This document shows, piece by piece, positions 1-8,937 of a DNA stretch of 64,000 nucleotides (within the stretch, counting starts at the first letter, position 1; each line of letters opens with the position of its first letter). This DNA is from Nitrospirota bacterium (GTDB lineage Bacteria; Nitrospirota; Nitrospiria; SBBL01; JAADHI01): the NCBI GenBank assembly GCA_029261135.1, contig JAJDBX010000003.1:87-64086 (forward strand), in the 5' to 3' direction. The notes beneath the pieces were generated by a model. The model ran no database searches. It was not told the DNA's origin and worked only from the letters and a program-made list of their open reading frames with translations. The position numbers and the translations under genes were made by a program.

Positions 1-40
1 TTAAATGCGGCTTCGTCCGCTCAAATTTAGCCTTTGCCAT
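1..40 (-). CDS. tuf: Elongation factor Tu, first 13 codons only (gene runs off the left edge)
   Basis: The reverse complement of 1-40 reads ATG GCA AAG GCT AAA TTT GAG CGG ACG AAG CCG CAT TTA, giving MAKAKFERTKPHL, the canonical EF-Tu N-terminus. A GGGGAG Shine-Dalgarno lies 5 nt upstream of the ATG. The gene sits directly downstream of the Thr-Tyr-Gly-Thr tRNA cluster. Confidence 0.85.
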   Translation of the reverse strand, partial: MAKAKFERTKPHL

Positions 41-212
41 TTATTCTCCCCTTCACTAAAATCATAGATGCTCCCCAATAATTACGACACAGGGAAAACA
101 CTTCGTTCACATTAAGCCCGGTTTTAAATCTCCAAAATTCCCAGATCAAAATAACATTCGCTCCACTTCCAGTCTATTACTTCCCAGCTGTGGTCATCAG
201 TCCATCCAAAAT

Positions 213-285
213 AGCCCTTGACCGGGATTGAACCGGTGACCTCATCCTTACCAAGGATGTGCTCTACCGACTGAGCTACAAGGGC
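213..285 (-). tRNA. tRNA-Thr (anticodon GGU)
   Basis: The reverse complement is GCCCTTGTAGCTCAGTCGGTAGAGCACATCCTTGGTAAGGATGAGGTCACCGGTTCAATCCCGGTCAAGGGCT. It has a 7-bp acceptor stem (GCCCTTG/CAAGGGC), anticodon stem CATCC/GGATG with loop TTGGTAA, and T-arm CCGGT-TCAATCC-. No CCA is encoded. Confidence 0.93.
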
Positions 286-367
286 AACGCGATTCAAAAA
301 ACAAACACTTAAAGAAAACCTCTAATCTAGGCCCTAAAAAACGACCCACATGAATCACCCTCTAAAT

Positions 368-442
368 TGGAGCGGGAAACGGGATTTGAACCCGCGACAT
401 CCAGCTTGGAAGGCTAGCGCTCTACCACTGAGCTATTCCCGC
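368..442 (-). tRNA. tRNA-Gly (anticodon UCC)
   Basis: The reverse complement is GCGGGAATAGCTCAGTGGTAGAGCGCTAGCCTTCCAAGCTGGATGTCGCGGGTTCAAATCCCGTTTCCCGCTCCA. The acceptor stem is GCGGGAA/TTCCCGC, the anticodon loop is CTTCCAA, and CCA is encoded. Confidence 0.93.
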
Positions 443-458
443 ACATACCGCTTCATTG

Positions 459-541
459 TGGGGAGGGGAGGATTCGAACCTCCGTAGCTCGGAAGCGGCA
501 GATTTACAGTCTGCTCCCTTTGTCCACTCGGGTACCTCCCC
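459..541 (-). tRNA. tRNA-Tyr (anticodon GUA), long variable arm
   Basis: The reverse complement is GGGGAGGTACCCGAGTGGACAAAGGGAGCAGACTGTAAATCTGCCGCTTCCGAGCTACGGAGGTTCGAATCCTCCCCTCCCCA. The acceptor stem is GGGGAGG/CCTCCCC, the anticodon stem is GCAGA/TCTGC with loop CTGTAAA, and the T-arm is GGAGG-TTCGAAT-CCTCC. Confidence 0.92.
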
Positions 542-637
542 CAAAAAATATCAACGATATAAAAAACCCACTTTTGTTTGCAATCTCAACGCACTGCCCG
601 GAGGTCTTCTAAAAAAATCCCACAAACCGCAGCCCGG

Positions 638-710
638 AGCTGGCGAAGGGATTTGAACCCCCGACCTGCTGATTACAAATCAGCTGCTCTGCCAACTGAG
701 CTACGCCAGC
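638..710 (-). tRNA. tRNA-Thr (anticodon UGU)
   Basis: The reverse complement is GCTGGCGTAGCTCAGTTGGCAGAGCAGCTGATTTGTAATCAGCAGGTCGGGGGTTCAAATCCCTTCGCCAGCT. The acceptor stem is GCTGGCG/CGCCAGC and the anticodon stem is GCTGA/TCAGC with loop TTTGTAA. Confidence 0.93.
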
Positions 711-755
711 CATCGGCCTAATGCAGGATACTTTACATTCAAAAAATGACTATGC

Positions 756-783
756 TATATACACCTATGTTCAATCCCTGCAA
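756..783 (-). promoter_or_regulatory. Candidate sigma70-type promoter of the tRNA-tuf operon
   Basis: The minus strand reads TTGCAG, a 16-nt spacer, then TATATA. This lies about 45 nt upstream of the first tRNA (Thr-UGU, 5' end at 710). Confidence 0.4.
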
Positions 784-955
784 GTATTCGCCCAAATACC
801 CCTGCAATGAAAACAGGCAAAAGGATGACCTACCCAAACAAACCGGCATTATCAACGTTCAGAACAAGTTTTGTCAAGGAGAAATGCGGCAGTACTAAGT
901 CTAAATTCAAAAAAGTTTTGCCGTCACACAAACAAGAGAGAAGGAGGATTCCTCA

Positions 956-1693
956 ATGAGGTCAAGATCTAAGAAAACGCTACAAATGCTCATACTCAGC
1001 TCAGCATTATTTTTCCAAGCACATCCCGCATTATCAGGGGAGATTGATATTGAGATCAAACCCAACATTTCTTCGGCTGCTGTTTTTGAAGATTTCTCGG
1101 AAGAAATTGGTTTAGCAATCAGCTACCTTCCCCTGGCACCTGCCGAACCTCTCGGGACTTTGGGCTTTGATATCGGATTAGAAATCACTGCGGTAGATAT
1201 TGATCAATCCCTTTGGAGAAAGGTCATCTCAGACAATCCTCCCGGGACAGTTGTCCTCCCCAAACTGCACCTTCAAAAAGGGCTTCCTTTTGGCATTGAT
1301 ATCGGTGCCACTTATGTCAAAGTTCCCAGTTCAAATATCAAAGTGATCGGTGGAGAATTAAAATATGCACTTGTCTCTGGAAATGCGGCCATCCCGGCCA
1401 TTGCCATTCGAGGCTCGTATACAACCCTCTCTGGTGTGGATGATCTGGATTTAGAAACAATGGGTGCCGACATTTCAATCAGCAAAGGCTTTGTTTTTGT
1501 AACCCCTTATGCCGGATATGGGCAAGTCTGGATTAATAGTGAAGACAAAACAGGACAAAATTTAAAATCCAAAACCAATATGGCAAAACCTTTTGTAGGC
1601 ATCAAGGTTTCTTTAGCCTTGATTAATTTTGTTTTTGAAGCCGACTTCGGTAAAGCAAAGATGTATACCGGACGTTTCAATGTCGGCTTTTAA
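956..1693 (+). CDS. Putative outer-membrane beta-barrel protein (hypothetical)
   Basis: The 245-aa ORF has an N-terminal signal peptide (LILSSALFFQAHPALSG) and alternating amphipathic strands. It ends in an aromatic C-terminus (RFNVGF), typical of OMP beta-barrels. An AGGAGG RBS lies upstream. Confidence 0.6.
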   Translation: MRSRSKKTLQMLILSSALFFQAHPALSGEIDIEIKPNISSAAVFEDFSEEIGLAISYLPLAPAEPLGTLGFDIGLEITAVDIDQSLWRKVISDNPPGTVVLPKLHLQKGLPFGIDIGATYVKVPSSNIKVIGGELKYALVSGNAAIPAIAIRGSYTTLSGVDDLDLETMGADISISKGFVFVTPYAGYGQVWINSEDKTGQNLKSKTNMAKPFVGIKVSLALINFVFEADFGKAKMYTGRFNVGF

Positions 1694-1716
1694 GCTGACA
1701 TTGAAACGTCCGGTAA
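1667..1716 (+). terminator. 19-bp perfect stem-loop spanning the OMP stop codon
   Basis: TACCGGACGTTTCAATGTC (1667-1685) pairs perfectly with GACATTGAAACGTCCGGTA (1698-1716) around a 12-nt loop containing the TAA stop. No U-tract follows, so it is not a canonical intrinsic terminator. Confidence 0.4.
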
Positions 1717-1825
1717 TCTACGGTTCTCTCCTTTAACCCCCTTTTCAATCACTTCGCTATTCTTGACTTATCGCAAACCAGCGGTCTATAAACCCCAGGA
1801 ATAAAACATAAAGGACTCTCTTTTT

Positions 1826-2551
1826 ATGCAAGCCGCTTTCGATAAAGAAAAAACAGTTCAAAAAATGTTTAGTTCAATTTCAGCATATTACGATCTAAAC
1901 AACAGCCTACTCTCCTTTGGTCTTCACCATTCCTGGAAAAGAAAAACACTGGAGATACTCAACTTGCATCCCAATGACCACGTTCTTGATATCGGTTCCG
2001 GAACGGCTGATCTGGCGATTTTGGCCGCTGATCGTGTAAAATCAGGAGGCAGGGTTATTGCCACTGACTTAAATGAAAGCATGCTTTCGATCGGGAAAAA
2101 GAAGGTCGAATCACGCCAACGCCACAACATCTTCTGTACGCTTGCCAATGCAGAACAACTCCCCTTCCCCGATCAATCTTTTGATGCCATCTTAACCGGA
2201 TTTTGTATGAGGAATGTCGCCGATTTAGAGCAGGCGCTTCGGGAAATTTACCGACTCCTTAAACCGGAGGGAAAAATGGCTTGTCTCGATTTTTCAACAC
2301 CCGTTTTTGCACCCTTCCGAAAACTATACAATTTTTACTCTTTTTTCCTTCTCCCGAAAGTCGGCGCTTGGGTTTCAAAAGATCAAACAGGGATTTATCA
2401 ATACCTTCCAGACTCCATCAGAGAATTCCCAAATCAACAGACTTTTAAGGAAATGATTGAATCAATTGGCTTTAAAGAGGTTCGTTATCTTAACCAGGCA
2501 GGAGGAATTGTCGCAATCCATACAGGCATTCGGGAAAAAACCGCGTCATAA
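1826..2551 (+). CDS. ubiE: Demethylmenaquinone/ubiquinone C-methyltransferase (UbiE/MenG family)
   Basis: The 241-aa ORF carries the family N-terminal signature (VQKMFSSISAYYDLNNSLLSFGLHHSWKR). It also has the SAM motif I (VLDIGSGTADLA) and the downstream motif FDAILTGFCMRNV. Confidence 0.85.
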   Translation: MQAAFDKEKTVQKMFSSISAYYDLNNSLLSFGLHHSWKRKTLEILNLHPNDHVLDIGSGTADLAILAADRVKSGGRVIATDLNESMLSIGKKKVESRQRHNIFCTLANAEQLPFPDQSFDAILTGFCMRNVADLEQALREIYRLLKPEGKMACLDFSTPVFAPFRKLYNFYSFFLLPKVGAWVSKDQTGIYQYLPDSIREFPNQQTFKEMIESIGFKEVRYLNQAGGIVAIHTGIREKTAS

Positions 2552-3982
2552 AAAATAACTTCCAACATCGATCTTGTACTGTGTGGCATCAACAACATTC
2601 ACGATATCGTAAGGGAAATTTCCTTTACTATCCTCCTCTGAAAGATCCACATACTTTTCTTCACATTCATTACCAGAAGCATCAATAATAACCCGAATTT
2701 TAGGCCGATCCCCTTTCTCAGGATTCGGATTTGACACCGCAACAATACCGATTTCCTTTGTATTGAGCAACACAACCGTCCCGATGGGGAAAACCCCGAT
2801 GGCATTGACAAAAAGCTTCATTAATACAGGGTCAAAAGCTTTACCACTTCGACTCAACATAAAGCGCAATGCCTTATCCGGCGCAAAAGGGATTCGATTA
2901 TAAACACGAGAAGCCGTCAGGGCATCGTAACAATCCACAATGCAGACAATCCGCCCGACCAGACTTAACTTTCTTTTGGTGGCCAACTTCGGATAACCAG
3001 AGAGATCATAATTCAGATGATGTTCAAAAGCGCCAATAGCGACTTTCACTGCCATCTCATGAATGCCTTTCAAACGCACCAATTCTTTGACAGACAAAAT
3101 GGGATGATTTCGCATCACTTCCCACTCCTCCGGAGTGAAATCGGTTGTTTTATTTAAAATCTCCAACGGGATATCATACTTTCCCAAATCATGAAAAAGG
3201 GCCGCCATCCCCAGTTCGCTTAAACTTCTTTTTCGGTAACCCAAACGCTGACCAATGGCCAAAGCCAAAATACAAACATTCACCGAGTGGTTGTAGGTAT
3301 ATTCATCATGACTTCTTAAATTGGTCAAACCCAAGAGCGTCGAATCCTCTTGAAGCATGAGATCGACCATGGATTGAACAACGCGTTTAGATCGTTTCAA
3401 ACTAACTGCTTGTTTTAACTTCAGGCTGTCCATCACCTCAGATACAGCGGTGACGGTCGTAACATAGGTTTTTTTGGCCAATTCTTTTTTGTCTTTGAAG
3501 ATATCATCGAGCGAATCTTTTTCTTTTGTTTCTTCATAATACTCAATTTCCGGATTAGAAAGGTGAGCCTTGACCATCGCTTCCCTGGTTCGTTCAAAGG
3601 GATCCGGGAAATTCGGGTCTAACTTTGCGAAAATAATACAAAAGGAAATCACTTCCCGCTTACTAATGCCACGCGTGAAGACGATACGCCCAATCTCCCG
3701 TCGCTTCATTTCATCGATCACAAACATTAAATTGGTAAAACTATCAATATCTATTTTTAGCTTTGTCTCGCCCAGAAAGAGCGATTCTCCTTCGAGATTT
3801 AAATCCACTTCCGGCGTTCCCGAAAAAAGGGTCGTTAAAGTATTATGAAACTTCTCAATCGGCTGGTCAAAAGCCAGGTTTCCCATATCATGAATCTGTG
3901 CCGTTTTAATCAAAATGGACAAACGATTCACCAGTTTTTTGCCCAGTTCGGCACTTTCCTCATCGTATCTAAACATGCTCAC
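2546..3982 (-). CDS. HD-GYP domain protein (putative c-di-GMP phosphodiesterase) with an uncharacterised N-terminal domain
   Basis: The 478-aa ORF has the HD dyad in AALFHDLGK and the HHLNYDLSGYP motif (HD-GYP). It lies 18 nt downstream of the HEAT-repeat gene on the same strand. Confidence 0.85.
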   Translation of the reverse strand: MSMFRYDEESAELGKKLVNRLSILIKTAQIHDMGNLAFDQPIEKFHNTLTTLFSGTPEVDLNLEGESLFLGETKLKIDIDSFTNLMFVIDEMKRREIGRIVFTRGISKREVISFCIIFAKLDPNFPDPFERTREAMVKAHLSNPEIEYYEETKEKDSLDDIFKDKKELAKKTYVTTVTAVSEVMDSLKLKQAVSLKRSKRVVQSMVDLMLQEDSTLLGLTNLRSHDEYTYNHSVNVCILALAIGQRLGYRKRSLSELGMAALFHDLGKYDIPLEILNKTTDFTPEEWEVMRNHPILSVKELVRLKGIHEMAVKVAIGAFEHHLNYDLSGYPKLATKRKLSLVGRIVCIVDCYDALTASRVYNRIPFAPDKALRFMLSRSGKAFDPVLMKLFVNAIGVFPIGTVVLLNTKEIGIVAVSNPNPEKGDRPKIRVIIDASGNECEEKYVDLSEEDSKGNFPYDIVNVVDATQYKIDVGSYFL

Positions 3983-4000
3983 AACCCCAACAAATCGACT

Positions 4001-5719
4001 TTACTGGCTCAGTAAGTCTAGAGACTTTTGACACGCTTCCCGAACAGCTTTATTTCGTGATTGACTACCCACCCGAAGCGCATCGATCGCAGTCGGAGAA
4101 CCAATGCGTTGTAAAGCCGCTGCGGCACAGACCCCTCGTTCATCAACCTTAATATTTTTGAATAGATGCCAACGCACCTTGAGATATTTTTCAATCTCTG
4201 GCACAACGGCTTCACCACCCAGTTTCGCAAGCCCGTTAAAGATCTCTTTTTTTTCAAAAAATGCTTTATTTTCAAATTCCACATCTTCAATCAAATCGAT
4301 AAGAATAGGGAGTCCCTCTGCCACCTTCTTTTTAACCAGGCTTTTGATCACATAAACACGATTAGAAAGATCTGGGTCGGCAATAAATTGAATGAGCAAA
4401 TCCGCTGCTTCAGGGTATTCCATCGCATCGAGCACATGAAGGATTTCTTTTCTAACCTTAAGCTCTTCATGATCTATAAATTTAGAAAAATGAGGAATCA
4501 CACGTTTGTCCCCAATCTTTCCCAGCACATAAATCAGATTTCGCAATAGAAACCAACCCTGGACATCAAGCTGTTTAATAATCACATCAATATCCATCTG
4601 CCCTATTTCGGCGAGCACATCACAAAGGACACGACGTGTTTTCATCCCTTTCACCTTACTGAGCAGTTCGATAACAGATGGAATCACTTCTTTTTGAAAA
4701 AGAACCATGAATGGAAGAAATTGATCAAGTACATCGGAAGATGAACGATTAAGCACTTCATCAAGAGAAGTGATGCGTTCCGGGTTTCCCGCCTGAGCGA
4801 ATGCTTTATTGACCAATCGCTGCAAGGTCGGATCGAGCGCTTTCTCTGTGTCTAGCATTTCCCAAAAAAACTCAAGGATCTTACGGGTGTGGATAAAATC
4901 CCCTTTGAAGACCAATTCTTCAAAAATATTATCAATAATCTCAAGCACCTCAACAAAACGCTCAGAATCAGTTTCGATGCGGAGAATATCAAAAAGCATC
5001 CCCTCCAATTCGTTGACAATATCAATCTCTTCTTCCCATCTCAGCTCACGTTTTATAGATCTCACCTCTTCGTCTGTCAGCTTAAAGATATGAAGGGAAG
5101 GGATCTCCACGCCTTTCGGAGAAAGCTTTGTCGGGTCAACCTTGGCCTCCTGATTGTAAATCGCATTAAGTTGTTGCGGCTTTGGCCGTTCAGGCTGCAT
5201 TTCTTTCGTGTTATCTATATCCCCCCTGAAATCATCTGCAACGATATATTCAATATGAGTTAGATGTTTTTCCCAAAGGAGGGTCACAATATCGTCATCC
5301 TCATCCACCGGAGGCTCTCCATCCACTTCATCTCGCTCGTCTTGGCCAAGTATTTTCAAAAGGGTAATCATTTCTTCTTTTTCGAGGCCAGGATGAAAAG
5401 AAAGCTCACGCATACCATCAATAAAAAGTTTAAAGGATAGGCTTTCAAGCCGGTTCAGGTTTTCATAGATCTGTTGACCCGAACAAAGTAGCTCAAACTG
5501 TTTAATCCGAAGACGAAGCGCCCCATATTCTAAGAGATGTGATTCAAGCTTTTCGAATAGATCGTTGATAAATTTTTTGTGGATGGGATTGTTCGGAAGA
5601 TATATTTTGAGAGTCTTGGCTGTTTTGGTGAATACCTGGACAAGCTCTTTTGCCGACTGAACCTCTTCCCTGTCGTAATCGATTTCCTCTTCGATTGGGT
5701 CAGTCCTAGTATCCGGCAT
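4001..5719 (-). CDS. HEAT-repeat protein, partner of the HD-GYP gene
   Basis: The C-terminal half of this 572-aa ORF shows repeated HEAT/PBS-lyase-like units (RNLIYVLGKIGDKRVIPHF..., VRKEILHVLDAM..., AVREACQKSLDLL). The N-terminal ~110 aa resemble the N-terminus of the downstream HD-GYP protein. Confidence 0.7.
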   Translation of the reverse strand: MPDTRTDPIEEEIDYDREEVQSAKELVQVFTKTAKTLKIYLPNNPIHKKFINDLFEKLESHLLEYGALRLRIKQFELLCSGQQIYENLNRLESLSFKLFIDGMRELSFHPGLEKEEMITLLKILGQDERDEVDGEPPVDEDDDIVTLLWEKHLTHIEYIVADDFRGDIDNTKEMQPERPKPQQLNAIYNQEAKVDPTKLSPKGVEIPSLHIFKLTDEEVRSIKRELRWEEEIDIVNELEGMLFDILRIETDSERFVEVLEIIDNIFEELVFKGDFIHTRKILEFFWEMLDTEKALDPTLQRLVNKAFAQAGNPERITSLDEVLNRSSSDVLDQFLPFMVLFQKEVIPSVIELLSKVKGMKTRRVLCDVLAEIGQMDIDVIIKQLDVQGWFLLRNLIYVLGKIGDKRVIPHFSKFIDHEELKVRKEILHVLDAMEYPEAADLLIQFIADPDLSNRVYVIKSLVKKKVAEGLPILIDLIEDVEFENKAFFEKKEIFNGLAKLGGEAVVPEIEKYLKVRWHLFKNIKVDERGVCAAAALQRIGSPTAIDALRVGSQSRNKAVREACQKSLDLLSQ

Positions 5720-5880
5720 CAGACTTCAGTCCTTAAAAAGTGGACTATATTATAGGGTTCTTTGAAAGTCAAAAGCGGAAGTCGATTATTTTCACTGGGC
5801 ATCATGAACATCTTCTTCATTGATTAGAGGTTCAAATATAGAAAGTGGACATTACCCTCTATTATACACGATTTCAAGAG

Positions 5881-5909
5881 TTGACACTTCTTATCGAAAC
5901 CGATATTTT
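5881..5909 (+). promoter_or_regulatory. Candidate promoter of cstA
   Basis: TTGACA (5881-5886), a 17-nt spacer, then TATTTT, about 40 nt upstream of the cstA ATG. Confidence 0.3.
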
Positions 5910-5946
5910 TGATGTAATATGATTCCCACAACATCTGATTGATTTT

Positions 5947-7644
5947 ATGGCCGTCACAATTGCGTTCACCGTTCTTGCCCTCTTTTACTTTCTTGGCTAC
6001 CGCGGTTATTCCCGAATCATCACTGAAAAAGTTTTCGGCCTCTCCAATCAAGAAAGAACCCCCGCACACGACCCAAATTTAAGGGACGACTACGACTACA
6101 TCCCAACCAATCGGCACATTCTCTGGGGACATCACTACACCTCTATCGCGGGCGCCGCGCCTATTATTGGACCCACCGTCGCCGTGATTTGGGGATGGGG
6201 GCCTGCCCTTTTTTGGATCGTCTTCGGCACAATTTTTATCGGTGCCGTGCATGATTTTGGCGCACTCGCCCTCTCCGCAAGAAAAGACGGCCAAACCATC
6301 GGCGGGCTCGCGGCTTCAGTCATCAATCCTCGCGTTCACGTCCTTTTTCAAATTATCGTTTATTTTCTGGTTTGGGTCGTGCTCGCTGTTTTTGCCTTTG
6401 CGATTGGCATTTTATTTGATCGATATCCGGCCTCAGTCATTCCGGTCAATTTCGAAATTATCGTCGCCATCCTCATTGGCATCACCTTTCGTAAAAAGAA
6501 AGGTGGAATCCTCATTCCCTCGGTTCTCGCACTTATTTCCCTTTATGCCATGGTCGCTGTCGGCGTTATTTTTCCAGTCTCCCTCACACCCATCCTCAGT
6601 GAAGGGGCCAATCCCGTCATCGCTTGGGCCATTTTTCTTTTGATTTACGCTGCCATCGCCAGTCTGATGCCTGTTTGGCTTCTGCTCCAACCCCGCGATT
6701 ATATTAACTCACACCAGCTCATTGTGGGGCTCACCGCCCTAATCCTCGGCCTCGTCGTACTCAATCCGGAAATGAATGCGCCCGTCATCAATCTTCATCC
6801 CAAAGGTGCGCCCCCGCTCTTTCCGATTATTTTTGTGACGATTGCCTGTGGGGCGATTTCCGGTTTTCATGGTTTGGTTTCAAGTGGCACAACCTCTAAA
6901 CAACTGGACCGGATGGAAGACGCCCGTTTTATTGGGTATGGCGGTATGCTGGGCGAAGGGACACTGGCCCTCATTGCCACACTCGCTGTTGCAGCAGGAC
7001 TCCCCGAATGGGGCACTGAATATGCGGAATGGAACGCCTCCGGCATTAATGCCATCGCCAACTTTGTTGCAGGCGCGGGAAACTTTTTAGAGGCCCTGCT
7101 CTTGCCCACCGAATGGGCACAAGCCGTCGTCGCTATATTGGCCATCTCCTTTGCCGCCACATCAATGGACACGGGCGCACGCATCCAACGCCTGGTCGTC
7201 TCAGAGTTGGGTGCGGCATTCAATATCGCCCCTTTAAAAAACCGCTACATTGCGACACTTGTCGCTGTGGGTCCCGCGATACCCCTGGTGATGGCCGGGC
7301 CAAAAGTATGGCTTCCGCTCTGGTTGCTCTTTGGCACCACCAATCAATTGATTGGTGGCATGACCCTGCTCATCCTTTTTGTTTATCTGTACAGAAACGG
7401 CAAACCCCTGCTTCATATTGCCATCCCGATGGTCTTTCTCGTCACGATGACCACCGGCGCGATGATCTACAGCATTTTGACTTGGATCAGCAAAGTCGGT
7501 ACAGAGGCAGCCTCCGCGAATTGGCTGACCATCCTCATCGGAATCGCCATTCTCTTACTTGAAATTTGGATGACCGTAGAAGCCGTGCTCATTTTACAAA
7601 AACTGCGCTCTGAACGTTTGGCCTTGGCTAAAGCCTCGGGATAA
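5947..7644 (+). CDS. cstA: Carbon starvation protein CstA family transporter
   Basis: The 565-aa polytopic membrane protein has family-typical motifs: LWGHHYTSIAGAAPIIGP, GAVHDFGAL, IACGAISGFHGLVSSGTTSKQL and TNQLIGG. Confidence 0.85.
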   Translation: MAVTIAFTVLALFYFLGYRGYSRIITEKVFGLSNQERTPAHDPNLRDDYDYIPTNRHILWGHHYTSIAGAAPIIGPTVAVIWGWGPALFWIVFGTIFIGAVHDFGALALSARKDGQTIGGLAASVINPRVHVLFQIIVYFLVWVVLAVFAFAIGILFDRYPASVIPVNFEIIVAILIGITFRKKKGGILIPSVLALISLYAMVAVGVIFPVSLTPILSEGANPVIAWAIFLLIYAAIASLMPVWLLLQPRDYINSHQLIVGLTALILGLVVLNPEMNAPVINLHPKGAPPLFPIIFVTIACGAISGFHGLVSSGTTSKQLDRMEDARFIGYGGMLGEGTLALIATLAVAAGLPEWGTEYAEWNASGINAIANFVAGAGNFLEALLLPTEWAQAVVAILAISFAATSMDTGARIQRLVVSELGAAFNIAPLKNRYIATLVAVGPAIPLVMAGPKVWLPLWLLFGTTNQLIGGMTLLILFVYLYRNGKPLLHIAIPMVFLVTMTTGAMIYSILTWISKVGTEAASANWLTILIGIAILLLEIWMTVEAVLILQKLRSERLALAKASG

Positions 7645-7650
7645 TTTAGG

Positions 7651-8040
7651 GGGGCTGTCCTAGATAACAGATAAAATGTTATCTAGGACAGAGATGAGAA
7701 AGAGCCATTTAAGTTATTCAAAACAAGAAAAATTAATAGAACATTTTGTATCAGGGACAGCAGCACCTTGCGCGGCGATTTTACTTGGTATCAACAAAAG
7801 CAGTACAGCATATTATTCCCATCGACTTAGAGAGATCATCGCCTTAGCACTTGAGAAAGAATCGGAAGAAGTTTTTTGTGGAGAGATTGAAGTTGATGAG
7901 TCTTATTTTGGTGGCAGGCGCAAAGGAAAATGATCGCAAAAAAGGAGCGAAGGAAAATTTACGGTCAATCCAGGAGGTAAGTGAAGTATTATTGGGGGAA
8001 AATGAGAAGGCTTTAGTCGCTTGCTAAGACTAGGTTTTCC
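7651..8040 (+). mobile_element. IS1595-family (IS1016-like) insertion sequence relic with an intact left end
   Basis: It starts with the 20-mer GGGGCTGTCCTAGATAACAG, which recurs inverted at 62452-62471. A truncated transposase reading frame follows. The right boundary is uncertain because the sequence decays after 7933. Confidence 0.7.
7694..7933 (+). pseudogene. Transposase N-terminal fragment (IS1595/IS1016-like)
   Basis: MRKSHLSYSKQEKLIEHFVSGTAAPCAAILLGINKSSTAYYSHRLREII...EVDESYFGGRRKGK followed by a stop. From memory, this matches the IS1016-group N-terminus (MRKS.LS...KLIE.FV.G..A..AA.L.G.NKN.A.YY.HRLR...DESYFGG.RKGKRGRGA). Only about 80 of roughly 200-300 aa remain. Confidence 0.7.
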
Positions 8041-8217
8041 CTAAAAGCAAAGATCCCCACCCTTCCGGAAGGGACATTCAAATCCGTTCCATCGAAAAAA
8101 TTCTTCACATCTCAATTACTAAGATCATTTTTCTCAAATATATCTTAAAATCAATAAAATTTTAGGCTGTAAAAATTAACGAATGCCAGGTGAAATAGAG
8201 GGTGTAAACTTACAAAA

Positions 8218-8649
8218 TTATTCCTCTATCTCATCCCCTGGAACTCGCCCTTCCACCAATTCAAATGTTCCACCCGCAGGAATAGGGTGACCACTGGTCC
8301 ACAGTGTCATCGCGGTAAAACTACCACTTTGGAGAGATCCCTTTATGTCCTCCATTGAAAAAAACCATTCGCTGTGGAAGCCAATACTATCTCTCCCTGT
8401 CTTAATCCAGGTAAAAACTTTCGAGGAATCACCAACTGTCATTATTAAAGTACCATCTGCGAATAGTGAAAAGTTAACTTTTACTGGCACTGTTATGGTC
8501 CAGTGGGTATCATAGCTAGCCTTATCCGATGCATTCAAGATCATAGAAATCGGATCACTCCTTTCATCTTTCCCACATGAAATCACGAAAGTTAATATAA
8601 TACCAAGCCCTATACAGAAAAAATATCTCTGTATTTTCTTAAAATTCAT
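8218..8649 (-). CDS. Hypothetical lipoprotein
   Basis: The 143-aa ORF has a signal peptide with a lipobox (LTFVISC-GKD). I recognise no family. It sits in an AT-rich accessory patch between the IS relic and trpA. Confidence 0.55.
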   Translation of the reverse strand: MNFKKIQRYFFCIGLGIILTFVISCGKDERSDPISMILNASDKASYDTHWTITVPVKVNFSLFADGTLIMTVGDSSKVFTWIKTGRDSIGFHSEWFFSMEDIKGSLQSGSFTAMTLWTSGHPIPAGGTFELVEGRVPGDEIEE

Positions 8650-8937
8650 TGTATTTTCCCATTAGTGTCCTAGCGCTGCGGATCCCATCCCGCGGAACTA
8701 TTATGTTATCTAAGAACCTTAATCTGAATTTACAGGACTATAGGGTCTTGATACAAACAGCGGAACCAACTATCAATCCTACACTCAATAATCTAGCGAA
8801 TACCGCTAGAAACCATCTACAGGTTTGAAAATATCAAAAACAAAGGTTACTGGAAGTATTCATTTGCCCGTACTTGTCAACTTATCTGTATAAGCTGCGC
8901 ATTGCAGAAAGAAAATCAGAGACCGTTCTAAAAACGA

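Noticed and set aside
456-656. A 66-aa ORF on the plus strand in the ORF track.
   Set aside because: It lies entirely across the tRNA-Tyr and tRNA-Thr genes and their spacer on the opposite strand. It has no RBS and is a by-product of tRNA sequence.
4018-5263. Several 83-127-aa ORFs in the track lie inside or antisense to the HEAT-repeat gene. Similar nested ORFs occur inside cstA (6079-7562), trpB, trpD, trpE, serA, the aminotransferase gene, dnaB (18496-18870, 18572-18850), hisZ and the kinase.
   Set aside because: They are nested within, or antisense to, long ORFs with clear family motifs. Their translations are low-complexity (Ser/Arg/Pro-rich) with no start-site signals. They are typical shadow ORFs.
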